From the NCBI GenBank assembly GCA_023515725.1, contig JALDTO010000266.1, positions 2,124,216 through 2,188,215 on the forward strand: 64,000 bases of DNA, read 5' to 3'. Below are positions 1 through 12,761 of the stretch, one piece after another. The translations under genes were made by a program, and so were the position numbers. Within the stretch, counting starts at the first letter, position 1; the number at the start of each line of letters is the position of its first letter. The notes beneath the pieces were generated by a model, which ran no database searches, was not told where the DNA came from, and was given only the letters and a program-made list of their open reading frames with translations. This DNA comes from Amoeboaphelidium protococcarum X5 (lineage: Eukaryota > Fungi > Aphelidiomycota).

Positions 1-1
1 A

Positions 2-274
2 TGTATCCACTCCTTTGCTGGTGCTTAATCTGCCGTAAGATCTTTAGCTTTCAGCCCTGATGGCAATTATTTAGCTGTCGCTAGCAAGGATTATGAGATG
101 TAAATCTATTCCACTCGCTCCTTTGATCTAGTGGAGTCTATAAAAGTAAAATCGACTGTTAATGCCTTACACTTTCATACTGATGGCAATATGCTTGCTT
201 TCGCTGGAGATGATCTCGATTCTAGAGGTTAAAAAGACGCTGGCTCGTTCCATATTGTTCGATTTATAAAATGA
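2..274 (+). CDS. WD40 protein C-terminus, THO complex subunit 3 (THOC3/Tex1)-like; 5'-truncated by the window edge
   Basis: With TAR=Gln reads ...VRSLAFSPDGNYLAVASKD...VNALHFHTDGNMLAFAGDDLDSRGQKDAGSFHIVRF-TGA; WD40 strands and a THOC3-like tail. Confidence 0.6.
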
Positions 275-338
275 TGATGAAAATTTAGTACACATTTGAT
301 TGAAGATTTAAATAATATTTACATTTCCGTGCTTGCAA

Positions 339-804
339 TCACTGTTCTCGTTTCTATACACTTTCTTTTAATTGAAAGATGCTGTTATCCAGGTCCTTAA
401 TCAAGTTCCCCGAGTCTGTGATAATCTACACTTACGCGCGTCAATATCTTTGCTTAATTAAATGGTGGCCATAAGATATAGATAGATAGATATTACCTGG
501 CTGTAGATTGATTCGGCAGACTTCAATTATTGTTGAGTCATTTAAAGCAATTGCTGTTATTCCTATAGTAAGCGATCTTCCTAATTCAGTCTATTGGTGA
601 GCTGCATAACCTCATGTTGCAACTGGTCCTTCTTAGACATTCGTTCCTTAACGTCTTTAACTAACAAGGATTGCTACTCCTTTAGTTACTCAATTCCTAC
701 ATTCTTGGCATAGATGTGCCTCTTACATACATCTTCAATTTGTAAAACTTACTTTAAACTAAATGGTTGTTGTTCTGCTATAGCAATGCTCCATACTTGG
801 ACAT
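339..804 (-). CDS. SSNA1: SSNA1/NA14/DIP13-like microtubule-associated coiled-coil protein (introns 697-752, 426-496)
   Basis: Spliced product MSKYGALLQQNNNHLVQRIEQLKEQQ...LQHEVMQLTNRL...AESIYSQIITDSGNL; parallels SSNA1 [22 protein letters not shown]...LQNEVRQLTEKL...TEAAYLKILESSQTL; GT..AG introns keep the frame. Confidence 0.7.
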
Positions 805-1058
805 TATTACTAGAATCCTGGTTCTGAAACGTGCAAGTCTATTTAAAATTCGGAATTCAGAAAGGCGCGTGTTTTAATGAACGGCCTAGACGATGCTTGG
901 CGTGCAAGTGATAAGAATAGCCCATCAATGGGATCACCTTATCAAAAATCAACCAGCAATCAAACTTGGAATACACAAAGAGAGATTTAAAAATAATTCT
1001 TCATTTTATCGTTAATAGTAATTGAAGAAGACATTCCTGAAATTCAACAACAATAGTA

Positions 1059-2078
1059 ATGGTGTAAATATCAAAGGGTAGTAAGCCTCCGTCACCATTA
1101 ACATATTCAAACGCGGCAAACACTCAAAAGACATCGGCTCTTCCTGTTGCGGTCGCATAGTAGAAACAACAACAACAGCATCAATCTGATCTGCAACGCA
1201 CGGTGAAACAACTGATTGCCGGCGGTGTCGCGGGATTTGTTAGTCGCACCGTTGTATCGCCGTTGGAGCGAATGAAGATTCTGTTTCAAGTGTAGACTAA
1301 TTCCAACATCAAGTATACCGGTGTAGTGGACACGCTCAGGACTGTTTATCGCGAGGAAGGTGTCAAGGGATACTTTAAAGGGAATGGCACAAATTGTCTG
1401 AGAATTATTCCATACAGTGCAGTGCAGTTTGCCACCTATGAACGGATGAAACGACTGATGATGAAAAATGGCGAAACAGAGCTCGATACTTCTGCGAAAA
1501 TGATCTCCGGAGCTGTTAGTGGATGTGCTAGTGTGGTGACAACTTATCCTCTAGATCTCGCCCGGACGCGTCTAAGTGTCATGACTGATATGCGCACCTC
1601 TGATGGCAATCGCATGGGTATATGGAGATGTTTAACGCAGATTTTCAAATCTGAGGGCGGCTTTAAGGGAATTTATCGCGGTATCACGCCCACAGCCATT
1701 GGAATCATCCCGTATAATGCATTGAACTTTACCGTTTATGAATCGCTAAAGGAGCATTTTGGCAAGAGATCGGGGAACAAAGATCAGCAAGTGGGTGTTT
1801 ATCAGAGATTGCTATTTGGTGGTATTTCAGGCGTGATTGCACAGACAGTCACGTATCCTGTGGATGTGGTGCGCAGACGGTTTCAAGTAATGGGCATGAA
1901 CAATTTTGGATACGTTTACTCTGGCACTTTTTAAGCATTGTACACCATGGTGAAAGTGGAAGGTTTGCGATCATTATACAAGGGATGCATTCCTAATTAC
2001 CTCAAAGTTGCGCCTGCTATCTCTGTGTCATTTGTCACGTACGAATATGTTAAACAGTTGTTGGAATAAACCCGGTGA
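1059..2078 (+). CDS. Mitochondrial carrier (SLC25; SLC25A42/YPR011C-like)
   Basis: Three carrier repeats: PLERMKILFQ, PLDLARTRL, PVDVVRRRFQ; KGNGTNCLRIIPYSAVQF; ends in TGA at 2076-2078. Confidence 0.92.
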
Positions 2079-2156
2079 TTTTAACCAATGTCTTGATTGC
2101 GGCATTCAAATTTTATAACTACTTATCATCTTAAGCATTTTTTCGCAGTATTATTT

Positions 2157-3272
2157 ATGTCTTCTAATGATAATTTAGTGACTTTGGACAAAAGTTCTGG
2201 TTGGAGATTCTTTGCAGAGGGTAATGCGCATATATTGTTTAGACATTGTACTGAATGGACAGGCTGGTTACTGCGGATTAGAAAAGTATCCTCCCCTGCA
2301 CTGTAATCCATCGACTCGGATATTATTGTGCGTTAATTATTTGGTTTTCACTATGCTCCTTTGACTAAGAGTGTGTAAATTAAAGACGAGTTTGTTGACC
2401 ATCTAGTGGAATAGTTTAAAGTGAGTGTTCCAGGTAGATCTACATCAGCTTAATTTATTGAAGATTGCGTGTGGCCGTAGAGTCGCGATCCACTTGATTC
2501 TATAGCCGTTGAGATAAAGCCAAAGTGGGCGTATAAGGATACTAATGATTTTGATCATTGCAGATATTGCAGGTAGTAATGCCTGAAATTAGGTACTGGA
2601 TAAATATCAGAAGTGTCATCGTACTGCCCATTAGATCTATTTTCTCGTGATACTAACAGAATCTGCGGTGCTCTACAATCTCTCATTTATATTCCCTAAA
2701 ATAATCTCAAGGTGTTTGTTAATGGTTAATGTATTGAAGTTGGAACTTACGTCTAATTTGCATAAGTAGTAACATAGGAGTGGAATTTAGCTTGCGTGTT
2801 GTAAGCTATACTGGAGTCTGATGACATTCTTGATCTATTGAAGTCCGCTTAAGTGTAGCTAAAAGATTATACATTAGTCAGAGCGTCGCAAGCCTTTACT
2901 CAGATCTCGCAACGTCAAGATGATCTAGATACACTACAGTAAAAAGTTGTGAACTTGGCGTCATATTTCTTGTATACTCGATCTGCAGGAGACGATGCTG
3001 ATGACAATTATAGATCTCTAGCATTTTTCCTTCTTGGTAAAGCTCTGAAAGATCTATCCATCCTCATTAATATTTCTAGAGCAGCTATTCCAGGTCTCAA
3101 ATCAATCTAAATTGATGGTTAGGCGTATTGGTATGCTATCAAGATAGTTGATGTTGATCTTAAGCCAGCGTCCAAGATTGCATCGTATATCAAGCAGGAT
3201 TTAGAGATTAACTAAGCGTACTCTAAAGTTAGATTGGACATTAGTTCTTTTCAGACTAAATGTCTTGATTGA
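2157..3272 (+). CDS. IPK1: Inositol-pentakisphosphate 2-kinase
   Basis: Motifs EGNAHIL, EIKPKW, CRYC, YCPLDLF, QNNLKVF, DLSI and VDVDLKP, all in one frame with TAR=Gln. Confidence 0.88.
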
Positions 3273-3659
3273 AGATTTGCTATCTGTTTAGCTATATTAG
3301 TGGTTAGACTGTAATCTGGATTTACCTACTGCACGGATGCACGAAACATGATGAAAGGCCGACCTTCTATACCGTATAGCTCAAATACTATTACTATCAG
3401 TTTTGAGATATCAATCGCGTTTGTATTATGGGTGTTTTCGGTTTACAGTCGCAGGTATTATATTTTGCGATTCTAGTAGGGAGCAAAACTTGTGCCCTTA
3501 ATGCAGTATGGTTAGTAAAGACTTCACACTTATCTTACCGGTTTATATACCTTCGATTATGGTCTTGAATTTTAAAATGTTGAATATTCAAGTAAAAATA
3601 GCTTCGCGTGACTTCAAATATGACACTTAATGGTAAACTTCAAATCTTTAATTTAGTGT

Positions 3660-5727
3660 TCAAATTCTCTTTTTAATTGGGCTCTCTAAAACAGTCTTGC
3701 GTTGCTAGTTCATCCATGAGATGGGAGATCCAACACGACTACCGAAAGAACTTGCAGATCTCATACCGCCTGACGATGTTCCAAACTTTTACATCTAAGT
3801 GCCCAGCTCATACCAAGCCTGTACTATGATCTTCTGTTCGCGACTAGTCATCACCTTGAAGTCTTCAAAATCTCTAAATAGTTTCTGACATTCATCGTCT
3901 TTAGCTTTCACTTGAGCTTAAAGTGCGTCAACTGCACCAGCATCCAGTTATGCGTTGTCGCTTGAAGATCTCAAAGACTAGCTATCCTTTACTTGCAGCT
4001 GTAACTTCATAACTTAAGACTGCGCTTCACTTAGAGCCGTCTACAGTTGTGACAATTGCTGGTCTTGGCTACGACCAATCTTAATATCTTAATTCAACGT
4101 TAGATTGACCTTTTCTAATTCTAGTAACTTATCTTTTAACTGCAAATGCTCTCTGTACAGCGTGTCTTTTTCTTATAATAACTAATTGACTCTTTAATTT
4201 AAAGATTCCATTTCTTATTGATGATCAACTGTTGGGCCAGAATTATCTTTAGCATACGAAGTAGAAGAGATACTGACTTACTTTTACAACTAATGCAATT
4301 AAGAACGCAATCTCTAATTTTCTTAGCGAAGAGGATCATCGGCATTACTAGACTCCTTCATATTCAAATCCAATGCAGGTAAAATCTCGCCTTCACCATG
4401 CCTAGAATCCACCAACCGAGACTGAGAGAGTTCAAACTAAAGTTGCCGAATCAAGTCTTCATCACGCATCTTGCTCTATTCCAAATCTTAAATCTTATTA
4501 CGCAACTGATCAAGTTACTAAGTCTGAGCGAACGCAGTCGTGGAGGACTTGAAATCAGCATCAGACAAACCGCCTTAATCAAAAGACTTACCAGCCGCCT
4601 TGATATACTCCTACTCCAACTGATCATATCTACTAGCCAGTACTACATTAGACTACTCTAGTTCCTACAGTTTCTTCTTGGTCTATTATGCATCATCCAT
4701 CTTCTTTTTCAAATTCTCTAAAGCAAGTTCAGATTTCTACAACCGTAATATAGTGTGTTACTACTCTTCAACTTGATCCCTCAGACTCTGAGTACCTTGT
4801 ACCTGCTTATTAGCCGCCTCTAATTTCTTGCTCAACTCACTAGTGATATCCTGCTACTACCTCACTTGATCCTGCAGTTCAATTCTCTACTACTCAACTT
4901 GATCCAATTACTTTTTCAACTTTTCAACCTCAACTTTATACACTACTGTTAAATTGGAATTGTTGTCCTATTACTCTTTGGATTTCTATTTAGCCGTGGC
5001 ATTCTACAACTGCTCTTGTAATTGATCAACATCTAACTACAACTTTTAATTCTTCTCCTACAGAGTTGACACTTCTCGCTTAGAGCTGTCTAACTCTGAC
5101 TATAACTAACGCAAAGTATCAGTATTATATTAAGATGACTGCTCCGGACTAAGATTCTACTCTACAGGTTCTTCTACTTCTTCCAATTACATACTCAATT
5201 ACTAGACATATTCCATAATGGAATGCTAAGAATCTTCAGGGAGTAACTGAATGTTCATAATGTATTCTTAGTTATCAGGCGAACGTATGGCGAGATTGAG
5301 AATAATAAAACCAAGTTCTGATATAGTCTCAGCATCATCACTCTATGCCATTGACTGAAGATTGAATGATGTTGAGGTGTTCAACGTGACGTTCAATACT
5401 TGTTTATAATAGCTATTAATCTAACCAAATAATCGCTTCAACATTGTATGCTTCAAAATCCAGTTCTGACCAGCACCTTCATTGCTATTACCACCAGTAC
5501 TACTCCGAGTAGATTCTTACAGAGCAGACTTACTGACAAGAGTAAACCGATCAGGATCAATGCTATGGAGTAGTGCAGAGAACGTGGAGCCATCCGCCAA
5601 GTCTGCCAATTCATCAATCTTATCATTCGGTCGACATGCACGCCACTACAATTATATATATTTCAAGTATAAATGGTGAAATTAATTGTGCACTTACCCA
5701 TTAAAGAAGAGCCTCAGCTTAGTTCAT
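3660..5727 (-). CDS. HOOK: Hook family dynein adaptor (intron 5646-5697)
   Basis: N-terminus ALLQW...DLADG...LHSIDPDRF (Hook domain); long Gln/Glu coiled coil; C-terminus REQKIIVQAWYELG...SWMNQQR. Confidence 0.85.
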
Positions 5728-6164
5728 TTCAATTGCTAATACTGTGTGCTTCAGTGTTGAATGTGATCGTAAATGGAAAGGACAAAGAAGGGAGAGCGAC
5801 GCGTAGAGTTTCTCACTCACTCTCTCTCTCTTTCTCGCTGTAAAGAGAGCTCCACTTGGATCCTTCTATTAACTTGAAGGTACAGCCCGATTAACATTGA
5901 TATAATGGCAGTCTGTCAGTAAAAGCTTGCAAGTCATCCTCGATTTAAACTCTGAATGTTTTAATGATTTTACAGCTTTATGCTGATGAGTATCTCTATG
6001 CGTAGATCATGGCTATGCACATCGCTGATATAGGGCTAAGATATTGATCTACTGATTATTGGTGATACATCATTGATCTGATGAAAGGCGCTTTATAGTA
6101 TGTAAATGCCAAGTGAGTTTAATTTCATCTTATAAATGCAATTATTAGGAGTGATTATCGCAAT

Positions 6165-7646
6165 ATGTTCAAGTACAGTAATATCTGCTTAAGCATCATT
6201 ATTGGTAATCTTCAACTTGCAACAGTATCAGCGCTGGATTCTTTGACAATATCAGGTAATCGCTTTGTGGACAGCAGTGGTAACGCGTTTGTAGTCAGAG
6301 GCTTGGCTTATTAGCCAACTGCTAATGGCTAATTTAAGGATGTTATTCACAATGATGCTAGAAGTGTTTGGGGTCAAGATATTGACTATTTCAAAGAGTT
6401 GAATGTCAATGTTCTGCGTGTTTATGAGACTGACCCCACTCTGGATCATTCAGAGTTCATGCGAGCGCTTGAGAGTATTGGTGTCTGTGTGCTCTTTGAT
6501 TTACCAAGTTCATAGAATTCCATCAACAGGAAGGATCCATCGTACTCTTTGTAGTTGTCGGAGATGATGAAGTCAAAGATTGACAACTTGGCCAAGTACT
6601 CGAACACTATGGGATTCATCATTGGTAATGAGGTGGCAAACTAGGCTGGTGGTAATACGTCTTTAGCAGATGCGTTTGTCAAGACTTCATTGGTAGATAT
6701 GAAGCGTCATATCAAGTAGATGGGATATCGTGCTATACCTTTTGGATACGCAGCTGCTGACATTGTCGAAATTCGCCGTGAAGAGATGCAGTATTTTTGC
6801 TGTGATGACAGATCATCAGATTATAATGTCGACTTTTATGGTCTCAATAGTTATTCATATTGTGGAAGTGAGTCTGATTTTGCCAAAGCTGGGTACGATC
6901 AGCTGGTTGATATATTCTCTGTGCCTGGTGTTCCGGTATTGTTCACCGAGTTTGGATGTAATGTTGTTTAGCCGCGTACATTTAGTGAAGTGCCAGCTAT
7001 TTACAGTGACGAGATGATGGCCGTCTTCTCCGGTGGTATAGTGTATGAGTATACTCAGGAGACTAATGGCTATGGTCTGGTGGAGAAGGCTGAAGATGGC
7101 GCGGTCAGTAAATTGCCAGATTTTGATAATTACTTGTCAGAGATGAACAAGGTGAGTTTCAATGTGCCTTAGGTGAAGTTTAGTGCATCTGAATCGTGCA
7201 CTCTACCATTAGTCAATGAGCATTGGATACTTTCATCTTCTGAAGTACCGCCAGTGCCTTAATTGGAAGTTTGCGAGTGTCTTTCGTAATCTTCCCAGTG
7301 TACTTACAATGGTAACTCTGATAGTCTTGTCGATGCTTTGAATTTGGTGTGCGGCCTCCTGATTCAACGTGGATCAGATTGTGATGAGATTACTCCAGTG
7401 ACAGATGATGGTAGTTTTGGTGATTTTGCTTACTGCGCAGTATCGAATAAAGTCAACTTTGCCTTGAATAAACTGTCCAAGTCTGGCGGTAAATGTGATG
7501 TTCCTGGCTCGTCAGTATAGAAGCCTGCATAATCTGAGAGTTAATGCTAGGAAATGGCTTATTAAAGTAGTGGTCATAATCTCTTTACTTCTGGTTATTG
7601 TGAAGAGCTATTGATATTGATTGTGGTTATATTTGTGTTGGTGTGA
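6165..7646 (+). CDS. GH72 beta-1,3-glucanosyltransferase (Gas/Gel/Phr family) with Cys-rich X8-like domain and GPI signal
   Basis: Signal peptide; RGLAYQP, NVLRVY, IGNEV, GLNSYSYCG, TEFGCN, FSGGIVYEY; hydrophobic C-terminus. Confidence 0.92.
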
Positions 7647-7892
7647 TTTAGAGGATGCAAGTTGATGAAATGGTTCCGATGCATATCAATTCAAGAAATT
7701 ATAATTTGACTTTGCACAATGAAATCAATATATTTAGCGATGTATAAATTTAATAGCTTATATTTCAATTTTATATCTTTTGAGAAGATGAACACTATTA
7801 AGATGCTTTACACGAATTGCAATTACGCGATAGTCTTGATAAGTTCGCGTTGAACAAGGTCTCTATCACTTAGAAAATTCATTTTGACAGAT

Positions 7893-9500
7893 TCAGTTAT
7901 TATCATTGAATGCAGTACGTATAAGAATGCCTGCCTTATATTTTTCAACCTTATCATAGAGATGGAACCAGCGTAAGCACAGATAGAGTTTGTCTCTTCC
8001 GATTACTGGCAACAACACGCTGATAGGGATACTTTTTTTACTAGCGATATCAAAATGAGGACTAAATGCAATATCATAAAGATACATTCACTACAGAATC
8101 TTGCAATACTATCCTCATGCCTAACACGGTGACATTTTGGTATCCAAGCGGTAGTGTAAGCTCTATAGAGATCGGCTTGATATTCAATAAAGATCACACT
8201 TGACACCACGGAGGTGCTTGACACCGCCGAACAATTTGCATGACGACGAACTTTATAATTTATACCATTGATATTCTCAATGAGCGCTGACTTTTACCAC
8301 ATTCTCCTCCGACTTTCATCTGGGTTATCAATAGTCGCCATAGACACATACTCGATTTCCTCCTCAGGAAACACATAGAACGTATTGATTATGGATAAAG
8401 TTATAGCATACATCTCGTATCTTGAAGTCTTTGCCAACTCTTACATACCATATACAGCCAGTTTTAAAGGAGCACTTATTTCTTTCACCACTAGCTTCTG
8501 AATCTCACACTAAACTTGCTCAAGGCGGTCGTATCCTTTCGTTTAATCTTTCAAATCTTGAATGTATATTGATTTGAACAACTCAAGAAGCTCTTCATAA
8601 AGCTTCTCTGCGGACCGACCGGAGTATACTCAGTAAAACAATTCATGAGCGAAATATTGCTTCTCCAACAAAGTTTTCACGTTATTGACATTTAATACAG
8701 ACGACTTTCTTTGAGGATGAGTTTATTAAAAGTTTCCATCCAGAGCAATTTATAATAATAGCGGCATCTGAGACTCTACAATAGAGGAGATGAAACGAGC
8801 TATAGATGTCAAATATAAATCCAAACTATCATCAGTTGCAAAAGTTTCATCAAACATCCATCTCATCAACGATCTATGAAAATTGCCACAGTAGTAGACA
8901 GCGTTGGGGCAAGCCATACAATCAAGATTATAGCTAAATCAATACTTCTTCTCAAGTGCAATATAGAGCCGCACGGTTCCAAAAAGGTGCTTGACTCATT
9001 GTAGAGCAAAACAACAGCCGGCTTCTTTTTAGTCAATGCAAAATATACTTCTGAAGGAGATGACACGGAAGACAACAGCGTCATATTCGACAACATAATG
9101 AAAGGCTTATATAACTTGCCTTTTTGAACAGAGATGGAACTTCGGAAGCAATCAGTCTCAATGACTAAATTAAAAACGTGTAAAAGTAGTAGCTGCTACA
9201 CTATGCACATCAGAACCAAAAGACGACATGCTGGCAATAGATGATTCGGTGGAAATGGATGGTACATTAGCCATTAGGAATCAACGACTGATTGCAACTG
9301 CTATTGTTAATCAGCAACAGAGAGTGCTTGAAAAGATCACGAATTACGTAAAGGATAATAACTTGATCACCTTGAAACCAAACCCGTAGTTTAGATTGAG
9401 CTTTCACTTTCTTCGATCCGCGAACTTGTTCTATATCAACAAATCTAGGAGCTATATCTCCTCTTTATCGACGATACCCAACATGACAAGCCTAACGATT
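7893..9500 (-). pseudogene. Degenerate Kyakuja-Dileera-Zisupton (KDZ)-type transposase
   Basis: Ordered motifs CMACP (8906-8920), IALDGNF (8729-8749), LYDIA (about 8067-8081) and FHLY (7956-7967); broken by an in-frame TGA (8630-8632) and frameshifts; boundaries approximate. Confidence 0.55.
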
Positions 9501-10059
9501 GCAAGCCATACATGAAACTCTAGTCAAATTCGTTTTACGACGACTGTTAAAAGGATGGAGGTAAGAGGTAGACTACTAATCGTAAGTTCAGAGAGTTGAG
9601 AATCGACTGAACGATTGTTCTTCAACATTTATTTCAATCTTTCGAAGACTCTTTCTACTGTAAAGCACGCATTAAATCATCAATGAAACCATAAAATTTT
9701 TACAAGTTCCAGCAGGATGGCACACTTAAGCTTGACCAAATTTATCTTCTCTGTATCCAGAGGAAGCTCTTCCGGGAGTACATGGTGCATTAACAGCATG
9801 CGTGCGATAATTTGCCTTAATCTTCTCAGCAGGAGCAGCAATTAGAAATCTGGGCCAAATGCCAAATTGATCTTCTATTTTGAGTGAATCTTCTAAACCT
9901 TTTATCATTTCACATCCTCCCATAGATCCAAGAATGATTACTTTTTTCAACTCTTAAGATGGACTTCAGAAGTCTGAGTTTAAATATATTTCTCTATTTA
10001 GTCAACCTCAAGTACGTTTACTACCACAGTTCACATTCATCACGGTTTACAATGATATA

Positions 10060-11209
10060 CAGTTTGTCCGTTCCGCGTGAAACCAAAGAGAGCACTGACC
10101 AAAACATGATTGAAAACTTGGATAATAATAGACTAAATGACTTCTAAAAAGGCCAAATTTCAGGCTTTAAAAGATTTTAATTACTCATTTAATCAAATAG
10201 CAGAGTATTTGAAAGTTCCACTGTCCACCATTAAGTCATATTGGTACCGTAAGCGCGAGATAGAGGAGTTAGGCGAGAAGCCGGTGATCATTAAGCGCGC
10301 AACGGATGGCAACGTAGGCCGGACAATAAAACGTCTTAGGGATGAGAATCCCTCATGGACCATCAGAGACATTGAAAGAGAGCTCCCTAACCATTTGCAG
10401 CCTGGAGAACGCGCTGTTAAGCGCACTGCCATCAGCAAGTATTTGGCGCGCACTGGGTACCAATACATTAAATTGAAGAAGAAGTAGCTCATTTCTGAGC
10501 GTAATATTGCCAAAAGACTGCAGTTTTGCAAGAATGGAGTGCTTGAGGAAGATTTGTGGTGGATGCAGATCCTTTGGTCGGACGAAACTACGTTCAGGAA
10601 GATCCCCAAGGATAGAGAAGTGCATATGTGGTACACTCAAGTACTCCGGAGGATTAGAGGCCCTTAAACCTTTAAGTTCAAGCGGGTGGTTTTTCGGTGA
10701 TGTTTTGGGGGTGTTTTAGCTTCTTCGGTCTGGGGCCTCTGGTGGCTCTAGATGATAACATGAATGCAGATTATTACCTATAAATCTTAGAGGAGTTTGT
10801 CATACCTGAGATCAATGCTGCCAAGGAAGTTCACGGGGTCGATTTGACCTTTATGCAGGACAATGCCCCTTGTCATAAGGCGATGAGGGTCATGGACTAT
10901 TTGAAGCAGTAGGGGGTCCAAACATTGGACTGGCCAGCTCAAAGTCCGGATTTAAACCCTATAGAGAACCTGTGGGCCATCCTTAAAAGGAAGAGAGAAA
11001 AAAAATATGGTGTGCCTATGACCCGCGATGAGTTAATCGATCAGGTGTTCGCTGTATGGGATGAAATCGATGAGGAGCTGTGCAAGAACCTTGCTACTAG
11101 TGTATACAATAGACTAACCGAGTGTATTAAGGCATATGGTATATAAACCAAGTACTGAATAAATTTTTTATAATCAATGTTTTAAGTTTCAAACCGCGCG
11201 GTCAAACTG
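10060..11209 (+). mobile_element. Tc1/mariner DNA transposon, 1150 bp
   Basis: 24-bp imperfect TIRs (10060-10083 and 11186-11209, 18/24 match) flanked by TA duplications (10058-59, 11210-11). Confidence 0.9.
10137..11158 (+). pseudogene. Tc1-type DD34E transposase with a 1-bp frameshift near 10629
   Basis: N-terminal HTH, WSDET, VMFWGCFS, QDNAPCH-(34 residues)-E in WPAQSPDLNPIENLW; frame changes at CATATGTGGTAC. Confidence 0.9.
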
Positions 11210-11624
11210 TAGTAGTAAATGGTAAAACTGAGGAGAGCTATAACCACTCAGGCATATGCAGACTTAACAAAATGCTAACATACTTCATGACTACAGTTAA
11301 CAACATTATTAGGAAATAAATATAGCTCAATATTGCAAAGAGTCTATGAGCAAGTAGAATCTCCACATTAACACGCCACGACTCATAAAGGTCAACCTCT
11401 TCTGGATTAATCATGAGTAGATAAAAATTCCTGATGGTGTAAATAAATTAGTCTCTTAAACTGTAGGTCAAGTGGTCGCAGTACCAGCATTATGAGCAGT
11501 GTCACCTTGTAGAATCCGAATATATTTTAGTCATACTGTTGAAAGAAGAGGAGAAGAGAAGATACGCAATAACGTCAACGAGTTTTCTAAAAACGATCTA
11601 TATTTTAATTTTTTATCATTCATC

Positions 11625-12761
11625 TCATCTTAATGAACTCTTTATTACTTTAATCAGCCCGTCTGCGAATCCTCCCAAGACTGCACCACCAATCTTGGCT
11701 CCAGCAGGTCCCAGCTCCACAATAGCTTTAATTGCGAGTTTCAAAGTAACTTCTATGGTGCTCGATGCAGCTCTGAACGCCAGTCCAGACATTCCAGAAC
11801 GGACACCGCGCTTATGCAACCGGCTTTTACCAGCGGATGATTACTGTATCTGATTCAGAACATCACATTTCTTGTCAAGTGTACTCTTTTATTCATCAGT
11901 GAGGCCAGATTTGGTTCTAAACGGATTCTTGATTCTGGATCGACGCGTTTGACGCAGCTCACAATACTGGCTCAATGGAATCAACTTTCCCTTGTAAGGA
12001 ACCGACTCATTAGAATCGGGTCTTCTACTTCTTCCAGGACGAAGCGGACGACCTTGTTAATAGCCAAGACTTTGCAGATATTCCTACTACTCAGGAGTAT
12101 ATTTGTTTTATTATTATTGTTGTTACCTCGCTCTAGTTTCATGCTGTGTTGAGGCAAACACGTTCGACTAACGGCCATTCATCGCGGCGTTTCTGCCTTG
12201 ACCCGACTGACCAGGATATTACTAAAACGCAGCATTCTGTGGAATATAGGCATGCTCTATCGATTGGACATTGGATGGACGTGCGTCAACAGATTCAACA
12301 GATGAGCCAATCTCAGAGTCACTCGAGTCCAAACCATCTCCCAGCTGACGACACAAGCTCATCAATTGAAATTTACGCTTCAGAGAAACCCCGCGATATG
12401 TAACCTTTCTAAAAAATGACTACTGGCAATACTCTTCTTCAATCTCATTCAAATCCTCCTAAATTTCACCCGCAAATCTTAGGGCTTTATCAACCACCTC
12501 GTCCCATGGAATATCACAGAATCTACTCAATACTTGGAGACACTTTTGTTCAAACGCTTCTTGCTTACTCTGCGAATATTTCTTTTTGCTCTAGAAATAA
12601 CCTACTGCGTCGGATAATGTCTAACCTTGAGGCGTTAGACAAATTGCAACTGACAGGCCTCGACAGACCTGCCCGCCAATCTCTTCCTAAACAGATTGTC
12701 GATTCGCGGCAACTATTGAGATAGAAAGCAGTATCGTTATTAAAGCATTCATATTGAGCAT
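11625..12761 (-). CDS. Secreted orphan precursor (378 aa) with an LHKR dibasic site before a 60-aa amphipathic C-terminal peptide
   Basis: Uninterrupted ORF with TAR=Gln; signal peptide MNALITILLSISIVAA; Cys-containing helical N-domain, low-complexity linker, SRLHKR|GVRSG... Confidence 0.75.

Noticed and set aside
3280-3600. ATGATGA box in the IPK1-Hook intergenic gap (possible snoRNA)
   Set aside because: No properly placed CTGA D box or recognisable guide
5983-6100. CTGATGA motifs suggesting a hammerhead ribozyme or C/D snoRNA
   Set aside because: No stem II-GAAA core and no convincing terminal stem or guide; the region looks like an intron-containing 5' leader of the GH72 gene
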